Positions 25,631 to 37,886 of a stretch of 64,000 nucleotides of DNA are shown here, piece after piece. Under the pieces are notes generated by a model. That model was not told the origin of the DNA and ran no database searches. It worked only from the letters and a program-made list of their open reading frames with translations. The DNA lies in contig CDPCPM010000033.1 in assembly GCA_976551045.1 (NCBI GenBank), positions 27,466,001 to 27,530,000 of the forward strand, read 5' to 3'. Made by a program: the position numbers and the translations under genes. Position 1 is the stretch's first letter; every line of letters begins with the position of its first letter. The DNA is from Glaucostegus cemiculus. Lineage: Eukaryota.

Positions 25631-26894
25631 CTTAAAATGATATAGGTTCTTTTAAGAAAAGATTTGCTCAAAGAACATGAACAAAAAAAAGTTGACATAT
25701 AAATAAGAGATGAAGAAAATATTTAAAAAATGCAGCTACCTAATGAACTCAAATGGCTTTTTATCTTGAGAAATAAATATACCAAAAATGAAATGATCTA
25801 TGCAAAAGAATGGAATACCAATTTCTTTTATATATGCTACCACCTTAATAAATATAAAGCATTTTTGTTCAAATATAATGAGCCAACTCACCTTGTAATA
25901 AATATTCAAAATGTACAATTGGTTTTGATTCTGACTTAATTTAAACATTGAGAGACAATTGTTACATTAACTGTAAATTTGCTTGTGATATCATAAACTA
26001 TGGAAACCATCCTCAAAGCCCTCTGCACAAATTGAAATCTCTGAGATTGATTTTCAATTGACTTGAGCCAAATTAACAAAAAAAGTAAGCAGTTGCTCTA
26101 TTTGTTAAAGCTATTATAACTTAAGGAATGCAGACAGATAATTGTGTTACAAACTTTCAACAAAGATTTTGACAGATACACATAAAAAGATGGACAAGAT
26201 CTAGCTGTACTGGAATTTCCTCTTGTGTTCTCCCTATGACTGTAGTTACTAGGTTGGGATGTGGGGTGGGGGGGTTTACCAAACTCATTAGCTTGAAGTA
26301 TCTGGACTCTAGTGGCATGGACTAAATGGGAGTAGGACCTCTGGAAGTGCAGGGCAATGAGAGAGCTCTGTCCCCCAAAATAATTTTCTTACAGTGAGCT
26401 AAGGCCCATACCTGCTTTGTCAGCTATGAAACCTGAGAGAGGCATTTAAATTTTTTTTAAATTGGTTCTGGCATCTGGAAGCTTTAAAAATTCAGTAAGG
26501 TTAAAGTTAATAATTACAATAAATAAAATTAAAGCCCCCTAAAATACAAAATTGAAAAAGTAAACTTAAATAATTAAAAATGTAACCACCTCCCATTCCA
26601 CAGCCAGACAATCCCCACTGAAACAATGGGCCAAACTAGTGCAGGATCTATGAAGAAATTCCCTGTCAGTAAGTCTTGAGTTAACAATTGCAAAGAAGTC
26701 CTAGACTTACTGCTATTTAAATGTCTAAATGCAGGTGATTCTTATCAGAACTGTGACAGTCTGCTTCAACGAATTCCACATTGTCAATAGGATTTGAAGG
26801 TTCAGCATGACAAGTAGAAACTTGTTTTCATTCTGAATGTGAAGATACTGCCTTGTGAATTAAGTTACGATAGTTTTTTCAACTGTATTTGTAC

Positions 26895-26978
26895 CTTTAG
26901 CTGGAGGAGCTTCCTCTTTTCTTGGAACTGTTTCTGGTTTAACTTTTTCAGCAGGTGCCTTCTTGGGAACTTCTGGCA
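26895..26978 (-). CDS. ttn: Canonical PPAK exon (VPEVPKKAPAEKVKPETVPRKEEAPPAK)
   Basis: 84 nt, ttgaag/GTACAA; typical 28-aa PPAK repeat. Confidence 0.93.
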
Positions 26979-27505
26979 CTTCAAAGAACATTATTGCTTT
27001 ATTAACTCATAATAAGTAAGTCTAGCATTATTGACAACATTAATTTAATCAGATAAGCCAACATAACAGACCAAGGAACTAGAATGAACATCTCTTGACT
27101 GAGTAATGAAACTATTGAATTAGACAGTTGGAGTGTTTTGTTGCATCAATACATAATTGGCAACAATATGAATAATAACGTATCAATGAATTGTGACTTT
27201 TGCCAACATAATTTTACTTTTAAAATTGTGTTTAAATATTTTCAAATTTACTTTCCAATTACATTTATCCATCACCATGGAATTATTGGTTAAAACAAAT
27301 TCTAAGATTGGGTAGAATGGGGTGACAGCAGTATAATGAAAAATGTTTGAAGACAAACTGCTGTTGAATTTTTATTGTTAGAAATTCATTTTAATTCTTT
27401 GTTTAGTGTCAATGAAGACAATGACAAAAACTCACATATACTCACATACACAATTACACAGATGTAATTTAATGCTGAACAATATATACTGTGCTTGTTT
27501 TATAT

Positions 27506-27589
27506 ATTTGGCAAGAAAGACTGCTTCTTTCCAAGGAAGAGATATTGATTTCACTTCTTCAGCCAGAGGCTTCTTAAGAACATTTAGCA
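27506..27589 (-). pseudogene. PEVK pseudo-exon, donor lost (VLNVLKKPLAEEVKSISLPWKEAVFLAK)
   Basis: 84-nt module, ttgaag acceptor intact, ends T/ATATAA instead of G/GTATAA; peptide drifted from the PEVK pattern. Confidence 0.7.
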
Positions 27590-28071
27590 CTTCAATGATA
27601 TCAGGAAATTTTAACTCAATAAAATGAACATAACAGTGAACTTATTAAACTATAGACAACATAAAACACATGACAAGAAATACTAATGGCATAATTTTTA
27701 AATCAGGAAGGGAATTAAACACATGGATTCTATTGAGGAGATTTGGCATGTACTATTGATAATATTAATTGCATCAGTATAATTGCATCCATATATATCT
27801 GCACATACTAAAAATATATTTTGCATTAAACTGTTAGTTTATATATTTTTCTTTAACTTATACTTAGAGAAAAAATGCTTCATTGTTATTTAATCTTACA
27901 AAATAAAATTAATGTTATGGTTGAAAAATTAAATATTTTGACCAGCCATTCTTGGCCATACTAATGAATAAGCATTTAGTTGAGATATTAATCCCTGTAC
28001 AATCATAAATATTTATTTAAATTTTCTTGCAAGTCATCAGAAATTCTTCCCTAAATGGTTGATACTCAATA

Positions 28072-28075
<4 letters not shown>

Positions 28076-28126
<51 letters not shown>
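28076..28126. repeat. (AT)n microsatellite
   Basis: Seen directly. Confidence 0.97.
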
Positions 28127-28128
<2 letters not shown>

Positions 28129-28275
28129 CATCAAACATACTCATAAAAACACAAAATACAGACTTTACATACAGAAGACAGAGTGCTAAAGGAAATCTAA
28201 GCACGAAGGGATGACCACAAAAAGCAAGTTCTACAAGAATAAAGCAGACAGGAGATGTCCTGTATATATTTCTAC

Positions 28276-28359
28276 CTCTAGTTGGAATCATTTCTTCTTT
28301 CTTTGGAATAGCATCTGGCATCACTTCTTCAACAACAGGTTTCTTATGAATACCTAGTA
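28276..28359 (-). CDS. ttn: PEVK exon (VLGIHKKPVVEEVMPDAIPKKEEMIPTR)
   Basis: 84 nt, ttaaag/GTAGAA. Confidence 0.85.
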
Positions 28360-29064
28360 CTTTAAAGGACAATATGATTTAAGACACAAATAATACTAGA
28401 ACATTTAACGTACAATGAAGATACAGAACTAAAACATCTTAACACATAAAAACATTTGTGACAGATGGAATTGACACAAGAAATTTTCTCTTCCAATCAA
28501 AAAGCAACTGTGTAATCAAAATTACTGATAGTTATGTATTACTATCATTAACCAGTTACGTTGCCACTGGTAACAATGGGTAACTGTATCTGTCAAAATA
28601 AGAAATATCCAAATTCCCTACCAGCTTTATAATTAAAGCCAAGCTGTCAGTTTATTTGTTATTTCTCAAAGGTGTGATCTAAATTATCATGCAATAATAA
28701 ACTAAAATACCTACTTATTTTTAGTTGCTCTATCAGCAGTCTCAAAATTTCTACAAATTAGTTGAAATAATTTAAACTACTTGAAGTTTAATTTTTAATT
28801 AACAAAAATTAAATCTAAAGTTGATTTACACACGTTATACAATCACTTAATAAACAATGAACTTGCACAGGTTTCAAGCATAAAATACATACTACATTGT
28901 AACAGCCATTAACAAATATCAAGAAGCCAGATTTAGCAAACGAAAAGCATGAGATGAAGACAAAGAACTACTGAATGATAATGAAACGTAACAATGATGA
29001 ATGCTGAAGAAAACACACAACTTTATGCAAGAGTTCAACGATTTAACAAGAAAGATGTTTATAC

Positions 29065-29139
29065 CTTTAGTTGGAGTAATATCTTTCTCTGGAACAGTAG
29101 CTGTTTTGACTTCTTCAAGAACTATCTCCCTAATGAGTT
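29065..29139 (-). CDS. ttn: PEVK exon using a shifted acceptor (ELIREIVLEEVKTATVPEKDITPTK)
   Basis: Expected acceptor reads ctaaac; in-frame ccag 6 nt inside gives 75 nt; donor GTATAA. Confidence 0.6.
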
Positions 29140-29815
29140 CTGGTTGTTTAGAGAAAATTATTAATTATTAAATACACACATGAGGAGAAATGTAAAGAGA
29201 TTAGGTAATGGTGAACTTGCAAAAGACAAGTCAAAACAACATGCAAGCACAAAATACAATAACATCTTACATAGTAATACAATTTTTCACTTGAAGTGGT
29301 ATATTCAGTGCATGCAAAATTAAAGCACATGTTTAGAAATGGAGATCAAATAGTATGATGGCTTAGACACAGTTTTGTTTTGATTTGGAGGATCGGGAAT
29401 GAAATCCAGTACTGATGGATAGAATATTTAAAGACATTTCTGAAAACAATTGAAATGATCTTAAGTCAATAATCTTCATGGTGGTTATGAGCATAAAGCA
29501 TAAATGCCTCTAATTTGACTCTAAATCGTCAACGTATCCAGTATAGATTGCTGCCACAAGAAGTGAATGAGATTCATCTGAGCTCATGGCTGAGAAACAT
29601 TATTGGACAGAAGATTCAGCTATTTGATTGATTTACCAATGTCAGAATGCTGATACATATTTTTTATTGCTTTCTTCAATCTGTTCACTTTACCATAAAA
29701 TGCTTTAATTCAGTTGGATGCTGAGGTGCCAGTTTGTCAGAATTGAACTTTGGACAACAACAATATGCAGTCACTGATATATTGTTAAGCAGTCAGACCC
29801 TTTGCATTTTTATAG

Positions 29816-29899
29816 CTGGCATTAGAAGAAGTTCTTCTTTTCTTGTAATGGAAATCTGTTTCACTTCTTCAACAATCGGCTTCTCAGGTATCTCCGGAA
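29816..29899 (-). pseudogene. PEVK pseudo-exon, donor GT>CT (VPEIPEKPIVEEVKQISITRKEELLLMP)
   Basis: 84-nt module with intact ttcaag acceptor, but followed by CTATAA where siblings have GTATAA. Confidence 0.7.
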
Positions 29900-30227
29900 C
29901 TTGAAAGAGTATTTTTTACCACTACTATTTAGCTAGGATTATTTCGACAGCTTGGAAGATGATTACAACACAGATAACATAAAATATACAATACAGAAGT
30001 GACTAATCTAAATGATTTGCAAATATATTGTTTCAAAAATCATGATATTTCTGTCTGCTTTCATATTTAAATTACATTTCTATTAAATATATGTATAAAT
30101 TTGAAGAGTTCTCAAATTCATGTTAATTCAATATATTACCAGAAACATATTCATGCAACCAATAAGTCATTATGAATAATACAAAAAATTCAATCAATGT
30201 TGGTTCAAATCTTCCAGGAAATTTAAT

Positions 30228-30510
30228 GGGGCCACGGTAGTGTAGTGGTTAGTGAAATGCTTTACAGCGCCAGCGACCTCAGGCCGCTGTCTATAAGGAG
30301 TTTGTAGGTTCTCCTCGCGTCTGCATGGGTTTCCTCTGGGTGCTCCAGTTTCGTCCCACATTCCAAAGACATATGGGTTAGGAAGTTGTGGGCATGCTGT
30401 GTTGACGCCGGAAGTACGGCGACACTTGCGGGCTGCCCCAAGACACACTATGCAAAAAGATGCATTTCACTGTGTGTTTCGATGTACATGTGGCTATAAA
30501 GATATCTTAT
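30228..30510 (+). mobile_element. tRNA-derived V-SINE
   Basis: tRNA-like head (gtagtgtagtggttag), V core gggtttcctctgggtgctccagtttcgtcccacattccaaagac, LINE-like tail. Confidence 0.85.
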
Positions 30511-31252
30511 ACAACATTATTATTGGGCAAACGAATCAGCAAGTTCAGAAGAGAAACAGAGATATTGAAGTGCATAATTTGCTTTGCCGGTTGCCTTCAG
30601 CCTCCTTAATTTTTTCAAGATCTTGCTGAGCTTTAAATACTTATTCAACTATGTGAGACTTGTCAAAAAATGCTAACACCTCTAGCCCATAAAATAAATT
30701 ATTTAATTGTTGAATTAAATTCTAGCATAGAATAAATTCTTCTAAGAGATTTCAGACTTTAAAATACTTTCTTACTTTCAGATTTGTTTTAGCCCTCTCA
30801 CAATTCAATCATATTTCTCCCCTTTTCAGTACTTAGTTCATATCTTTGTTAAATTGGTTAAGGGTTTAAATTGTGGGTCCTGTTATTCAGTATGAAGTTC
30901 TAAGTGAGCAAGTGCCCCATCCAAGGTGTTATTAGGCCAGTCTGACAGCAATTTATGCAACAAAACATTCTGACCTGAAAGATGTGGTAAAAATCTAACA
31001 ATGCTGAACACGACAAGATGTACTTTTGCGTGATTTGAGTCAATATTTCAGGTTGCAAGAAAATATAACTGAACACTATAAAACACATATATTGAGAAAC
31101 TAAGTACTGTAAAATTCTGAAAAATCTGGGGACTTCGGTGATGTTTGTCAGGCAGATTTCTTGACAACTGGATATTACACCTATTAATACACCAACATAT
31201 TTTTAAATTATTTTGTCAGATGTTACACAGTAATATATTTGCCAGTGAAACC

Positions 31253-31427
31253 AATAAAGGGAAGGTATGAAACCAGTCCTAGGTGTGTTTAAAGGAAATG
31301 CGAGAAACATGGCTCCACTGAGTTTAAAGGGAACATGGGAACCAGTGCTCTATTGGATTTAAAGGGAGAGTGGGAAACAGGGCTCTAATGAGTTTAAAAA
31401 GGAGTTCAGGAGCCAGCACTCAGTGAG
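31253..31427. repeat. Degenerate 35-bp minisatellite, about 5 copies
   Basis: tttaaa anchors at 31288, 31323, 31358, 31393. Confidence 0.75.
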
Positions 31428-31597
31428 CTAGTTGCTGAACATTTAGGATTTCTAAACAACTGGATAGCATATTACTGGAGTTTTACAGTTGTATTTACAT
31501 AAAAAGTAAGCTTTGATAATGGCTGTTGTAATGTGAACTTGAGACCAATGAAGAATGAAACAAATTGATATAAAATCTTCTATGTTTTCATTTTTAC

Positions 31598-31678
31598 CTT
31601 TAGTTGGAACAATCTCTTCTCTTGACACAGTAAGAGATTTGATTTCTTCAGATACTATTTTCTTATGGACTTCTGGCA
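31598..31678 (-). CDS. ttn: PEVK exon (VPEVHKKIVSEEIKSLTVSREEIVPTK)
   Basis: 81 nt, tcaaag/GTAAAA. Confidence 0.87.
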
Positions 31679-32215
31679 CTTTGAGGAAATTTAACAGCAA
31701 ATTATGATATGAAACACACAATGTGTTGACTTAATAAATAAACACATTAACGTTGACTTAAAGTGACATTTTCTTTTGTAACAACAAATAAACACGACAA
31801 TAATACTAAAATAATTGCAATATCAAAAATTAAGCAATTTAATTTTGCTTTCTATTGTTTTCAAATCAAATAATCCAATATAATTGATATTAAAATTGTA
31901 TAAAATGAACACTTACAAATACACAACATTAACCTGTATATTTCCAAATATTGAGTATCAAACCTTCAGCTAAATGAATAAAAGTTTTAGATTGCTATTT
32001 GCTTAAATCAGAGCATATGAGTAACCTAAACAATAATAACAAAATGTGTTAATACTTCACTACATTACCCCAATGGTAAAAATGAATGAACCAATAAAAA
32101 GGCTGCAAAAAAAGACTATGATACAAACTGAATAATCAAATATTAATAATTGTTATAATTTCCGATACAATGGAAGTGCTCCTCCATGCAGAGATAATGC
32201 TGGGTAGTCTTGTAC

Positions 32216-32299
32216 CTTTTTGTGGTGCAACTTCTTCTTTTCTTGGCACAATAATTTTTTCTACTTCTTCAACAACTGGTTTCTTAGGAGCCTCTGGCA
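32216..32299 (-). CDS. ttn: PEVK exon (VPEAPKKPVVEEVEKIIVPRKEEVAPQK)
   Basis: 84 nt, ttgaag/GTACAA. Confidence 0.9.
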
Positions 32300-32619
32300 C
32301 TTCAAAAAATACAAAATAGTTTTAAAAGGATGTATGTTTCTATCTGATTTATTATTCAAATCACAAAGCAGAGAAATAATGACATTCTCCAATATGATAG
32401 CAGCTTACCTCCATTCAACCACCAGAGACTTTGTGTTAATGTCTCTCATCAGGGATGCATTTAGTAAAAATTAATGGATGAATCCAAAATTTACAGATCA
32501 TCCTTAGTTTATTTGAGTGAGTCAAATTGAAAATCTGTTCTGCACAGGTTTTCTAGTTGATTAAAATATGTGAAAACATTTGCTGCTATTGGTACCATTT
32601 GGTTCTTGAATCCACTGGC

Positions 32620-33020
32620 AAAACCCTAATCACTACAGTTTAGCAACACTATTATCACTTAGCACTAAAATGAACTTTGTATTTTTTTTGTTCTAATTGA
32701 GCTTTCTTGTAAAAATTGTATTTAAGTTATGATTAATTTACGTTTTTCTTGTGAATGCTGCTTATATGATGCTATGTGTCTCTGATGCTGCTGCAAGTTT
32801 TCATTGCACCTGTGCATAGATCACAAGATAATGGAGCAGAAGCAGGCCACTCGGCCCATCGAGTCTGCTCCAAAGGGAAGGGAGGGTGGGGAAAAAAGGG
32901 GGAAAAAGATGAAAAAGAATGAGAAAAAAAAACTATTCTAACTCCAAATTCCCACCTTATCTCCATATCCCTTGATATGTACTGTATATACTTGAGCATA
33001 TGACAATAAACGACTTTGAC
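32620..33020 (+). mobile_element. Rex1-type LINE 3' UTR with a nested minus-strand CR1-type tail (about 32817-32975)
   Basis: Resembles the 3' UTR at 49760-50010; the insert carries gcaggccactcggcccatcgagtctgct. Confidence 0.55.
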
Positions 33021-33917
33021 TTCAAATGCTTACAATCATGCCCAACCTTCCCTTACCGCAGGTGTCCATAGGTCAGGAGGGAAGACTTCGCCTCCTTTTT
33101 ATAAGAGTCACACTCTCAAGATCTGTCAAAGCCTTCTCAATTAGTCCTCCTACTCACCTGGCTTACCACTTTTGTCATCATATGCAATAAGGTCTGCTGA
33201 CTCAGAGTGCACATTAACTCTTTTCTACTCTTCTTGTAGCAGAATTTATTACTACCAGAATACAATCAGCATAATAAGATGTGCACCACACACCTGAGAA
33301 CTGTAATTGTTGTCATGTCAAGACACAAAACAATTAGCAACAGAAGTGGCAAGGCTGATGGTTTGGGTTAGCATGCTTACTAGCACTGCTCTTCCCCTTC
33401 TGTAACTCTTTGATTCATATGTACCCTGCTGTTTTGAATATAGGCCCTGACTTATGAAGACCAGCATGCTAAACTCCTTCATCACCCTTTGTAGTATGAA
33501 TTGTCAATGTTTAATTTGGTTGAAGAATATCTTTCCCCTCAAATAAAATTCCAGGAAGTTTGCTGAAGCATTGTGATATCCCCTAATAGTTCATCAATAT
33601 GTGGAATTGTGATGAATAATCAGAAAGGTCTAACATCTTTGCCTGGTTGATTTAAATTAATTAATGCTAGAGCTAAGTAATACTTCAATTCATGAGAAGG
33701 CAGGAGGTGTGACTTCGTTTTATTCCTAGAATCGGTTTGGATTCTAATGGCCCCACAAGCAGGTAACTGCCAGATCGAGCTGGCACATGAGATAAAAGAT
33801 CCTGGATGAATTAGTGGCTATATATTTTTGTACTGCTGTGTCATTCAGTGTGGGTGACTGCTGCTGCATTCACCTGGCAATATAATGCAATAGTGGGTTG
33901 CTATATTCAAAACAGTA

Positions 33918-34705
33918 GAGTAAGGGCAGTCTTTGAGAGGACCAAGTCTCTCCCTAGTTACCCCTTTATTTTTAATATAACTAAAGAACCTCTTGGAATT
34001 ATCTTTAACCCTGCCTGCCAAATTCATCTCATACCCTCTTTTTGCTCTCCTGATTTTCCTCTTAAGCCTGGTCCTAAACTTTTTATATTTATCAAGGGAT
34101 TCATTTGTACCCAGCTGCCTAAAAGCAATTTATGCATCCTTCCTTATCCTGACCAGAGTCTCGATATCTCTTGTCAGCCAGGATTCCCTGAACTTGGTAT
34201 GTCTGCCCTTCACCCTAACAGGAACATGCTGCCCCTAGACTCTTGACATGACCCTTTTAAAAGCCTCCCACTTGCTAACTGTTCATTTGCCTTTGCATCT
34301 TCTATTTAGAGTCACCCAATTAACCCCAGCTAGATCCTGCCTAATGTCCTCAAAGCTGTCGACCTGTTCTATCTTTTTCCATAACTATTTTAAAACTAAT
34401 AGAACTGTGGTCACTGGACCCAAAGTGCTCCCCAACTGCCACTTCAGTTACTTGGCCTGCCTTGTTCCCTAAGGGTATTGGCCTTCCCAAGTGGGTTCCT
34501 CTATACATGCTGTGAGGAAACTGCCTAAGCCACACTGCACAAATTCCACCCCATCCATGTCCTTTGTACTCTGGGTGGCCCAGTTGATACCAGGAAAATT
34601 GAAATCTCCCACTAGCACTACCCTACTATTCTCACAACTATGTGCAATTTCTCAACACATCTGCTCCTCAAGTTCCCGCTGACTATTGGGGTGTCTACAA
34701 TATAG
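33918..34705 (-). mobile_element. CR1-clade LINE ORF2 fragment (endonuclease C-terminal to pre-RT region)
   Basis: VGEHFGSSDHSSISFKIVMEKD and LAGRVKDNSKRFFSYIKNKGVTRERLGPLKD. Confidence 0.88.
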
Positions 34706-34717
34706 CCCTACCTTCTT

Positions 34718-34983
34718 ATTTGGTATTGGTATTGGTTTATTATTGTCACTTGTACCAAGGTACAGTGAAAAGCTTGTCTTACAAACCGATCATACAGGTC
34801 AATTCATTACACAGTGCAGTTACATAGTTAGTACAATGTGCATTGATGCAGTACAGTAAGAACAGTAACAGTACAGAATAAACTGTCACAGCTACAGAGA
34901 AAATGCAGCGCAATAAGGTGCAAGGTCGCACAAGGTAGAATGTGAGGTCAAAGACCATCTCATTGTATAAGGGAACCGTTCAA
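34718..34983 (-). mobile_element. LINE 3' tail inserted into the CR1 fragment
   Basis: ttggtattggtattggtttattattgtcac is the reverse complement of a poly(A) signal plus tandem tail. Confidence 0.6.
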
Positions 34984-35575
34984 TTCTAATTTCTAAGTTC
35001 TACCCAAATGGCCTTGTTAAATGATCTCTCAAGAATATCCAATGGTTTGCAGAGAAACGTGTAAGAGGGTGCGTTATGAGATACTCAATAGCAGTGACTC
35101 CAGAGACCAATCACTGAAGAAGAAGACCCCGAGTCAGGGACTCAGATAAGAACTCACCAAGTCAAATGGCAGCGCCATTCATCACAAGTGGATGATAGCT
35201 GAATGCAAATAGTGGGTTTTGGAAATTGTAAAAATAAACTGAAGAGTTGTGCAACTAAAAGAGTTGTGAAAATAAAGTTAAGTAATTGTTTAAAACTACA
35301 CAGTGAATCTTTGAGTTGTTTGAACTAACTGCAATAAATAAGTATAGTTGTTTGGTAAAGTCATTGGCTGGTGTGTTTTTGTTGTGTTCTGCATTTAATT
35401 GGCAACAGTAGGAAAAACACAAACAACACTGTAAGCAAGATCAATGGCAGAGTCCTAGCTAGAAATTAGCAACTGAACCATGAAGAAAAACCACATCAGC
35501 ACTCTGATTAATGAAGATGATATAAAATCATTTATGTATGAAGTCTACACAAAAATTACTTTATGTATGTTATAC

Positions 35576-35672
35576 CTTCTATCTCTATTGGAGAAACCTT
35601 TGGTCTTGAAATAATTAATGGTTTCACTTCTAGTTTCTCTTCTGTAACTATTTTATTTAGCAATTTCTAGCA
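35576..35672 (-). pseudogene. Frameshifted PEVK-like exon (VLE/LLNKIVTEEKLEVKPLIISRPKVSPIEIE)
   Basis: 97 nt (3n+1) between ttagag and GTATAA; TAA in frame from the 5' acceptor. Confidence 0.6.
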
Positions 35673-36216
35673 CTCTAACTAAACATTATCTTTTTAAAGA
35701 CTAAAACTATTAAAGCAAATATAGAGAATATATATTAAACCAAACAGTTCAATATATGCAATTCCTCTTTTAAAGGTATCCTCGCTGTAAAGCATTTTCA
35801 GCTACTGGTACTTCAGCTAGTGATGCATTGTAACAGCAATTTTAGTGACTTGAATAGAATATCTTTACTTTGATATATTTATTGAAATAAGAAATAACCT
35901 ACATTTGCTAACAAATTACAGATCTTACTTAACATTGATACTCTATTTTTCCCTAATGGTTTGCATTTGAAAAAAGCATTTTGGTAAAAAAACAATTTAC
36001 CTAGACCAGTTTCACTCTGTTGACATATTATTGTCAGTATAATAGCACTAATACAACCTTTATGGCCCATTTACATGCAACAGTAGGAAATCAGAGGATT
36101 TCTAACTGAATTGAGTGACTATCATGAAAATAAGACACCACTTGTCACCTTAATAACAAAAATAAACTACAGGACACATAAAGAAATATGTGTATAAAGC
36201 TTTATATATGTTTTAC

Positions 36217-36288
36217 CTGTTACTGGGGTGATTTTTTCTTTCTTTTGGACTGGAACTGGTACTTCAGGAGCAGGTTTCACAGCTTTTT
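36217..36288 (-). CDS. ttn: PEVK exon using a shifted acceptor (EKAVKPAPEVPVPVQKKEKITPVT)
   Basis: Expected acceptor reads ttaata (no AG); in-frame ccag 6 nt inside gives a 72-nt phase 1-1 exon; donor GTAAAA. Confidence 0.65.
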
Positions 36289-37811
36289 CTGGCATATTAA
36301 AGGATTTATGTTTAATTTAGTAATAGGCTATCAAAATTGTTTATTCAAACTTGCAATGAAACTCATACAAAACTGGTAGCAGGCAATGGTAGTATCTAAA
36401 TCAAAGTTTCCCTTCCATCACATAACTCTTGTATCTTTCTCCATACAACCTTTCAGGGACATTACCCATAAACATGTCAGATTCTACTCTGATGACATAT
36501 GTTCTAGCTCACAATATTATTCAATGCTCTCCAATGCATTTGGTTTGTCACGCTTACCCAATTTCTAGTGCTGGAATCTTGTACTAATGGGAAAACTGAA
36601 TCAAATTTTGGCAGCATCACCCTCAAACCTAATTTCCCAGAAAATGATCTTACCCTCTCTATGGGCATCATTTGAGGCTGAACTAAATTTACTTCTGTCT
36701 TTGACATTCTAGTTGACCTTGAGTTAAACTTCCAGGCCTGTACCCTCTCTAGCACCATGGCTATTTATTATCACCTCCATAATAGTGCCCATTTCCAGCA
36801 TCATCATGGCCAATCCATGGTTTTGTTAAACACAGACTCAGTATTTAAAAATCATTGCATTTTATACCCTCCTCTAATTTGAGCTCTAAATTTTGCTGAT
36901 CATCCATAATTACAACCCTCCAAGAATTTTGCTTTCTTCTACTTCTGGTTTCTTGTCCATGTCCAACTTCCTTTGCCTTATCAGTGGCAATTGTATCTTC
37001 AAGTTTAAAGATCCAAATTACTTCCCTAAACATTACCACCTTTCAATTATTTTAGACACTCTTCAAAACTACTTCTCTAACCAGATTCTATCTCTATTTT
37101 GACTCCGTGTCAAAATTTGTATGAAGTGCTTCTGTGATCTTTCGTTAAACAGGCCACATAAATAAAAATTGCAGATAACAATTACTTAAACAATGATTTT
37201 TATGTCAATGAAACAGTTGTAGTTAAAAGAAACATTTTTTGAAATGATCTTTCATATCTTTTTTAAAAATCTGTGCTCCAGAACTTGGTGAGTGTGGCTC
37301 ACCACCCACATTCATTGTTGCTGATGACACTTAGATTTATATTCAGAACTTGTTGGTCCTCTGTGGCAATAAGGCCTTGCATGTGTTAGTTGGACCATTA
37401 AGCTCTAAAATGGAAGCACTGGTGTCAAATTTGACTTGTAGAATGATTAACATGATCTGACTAGCATATATACTTCTTGCATGCATTGAAGATGCAATTT
37501 TGGTACCTAAATGCCACCAATAGGGCACAACTAATGGGCACTGTGCCAAACCACATTTTTTTATTGTGCACCTAAAATAATGCAAGTATCAAAATTTTTT
37601 CAAGAACAAAGACAATACAACACAGTATTAGGGCGGCACAATATCATCAGCAAAAATATAAAACAGTGTACGTTGTACATTAACATTCACAAGTAGCGGA
37701 GCATTGGCAATCTGAAGCCTCTAAAACAGAAATACCTGCCTGGATAATGACAACATCAATACACTGACAATCTAAAGAATAATTCTAGTACAAAATGTGC
37801 CTTCCTTGTAC

Positions 37812-37886
37812 CTTCTTTTGGTGCAACCTTTTCTTTTCGTGTAACTGGTCTCATTTCTTCAGGTACAAACTTTGGAATCCCAGGCA
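37812..37886 (-). CDS. ttn: PEVK exon, 75-nt family (VPGIPKFVPEEMRPVTRKEKVAPKE)
   Basis: ttaaag/GTACAA. Confidence 0.87.

Noticed and set aside
26412-26481. Segment bounded by ttaaag and GTATGG like a PEVK exon
   Set aside because: 70 nt, in-frame stop, non-PEVK peptide
30228-30300. tRNA gene
   Set aside because: SINE head lacking an intact B box and cloverleaf
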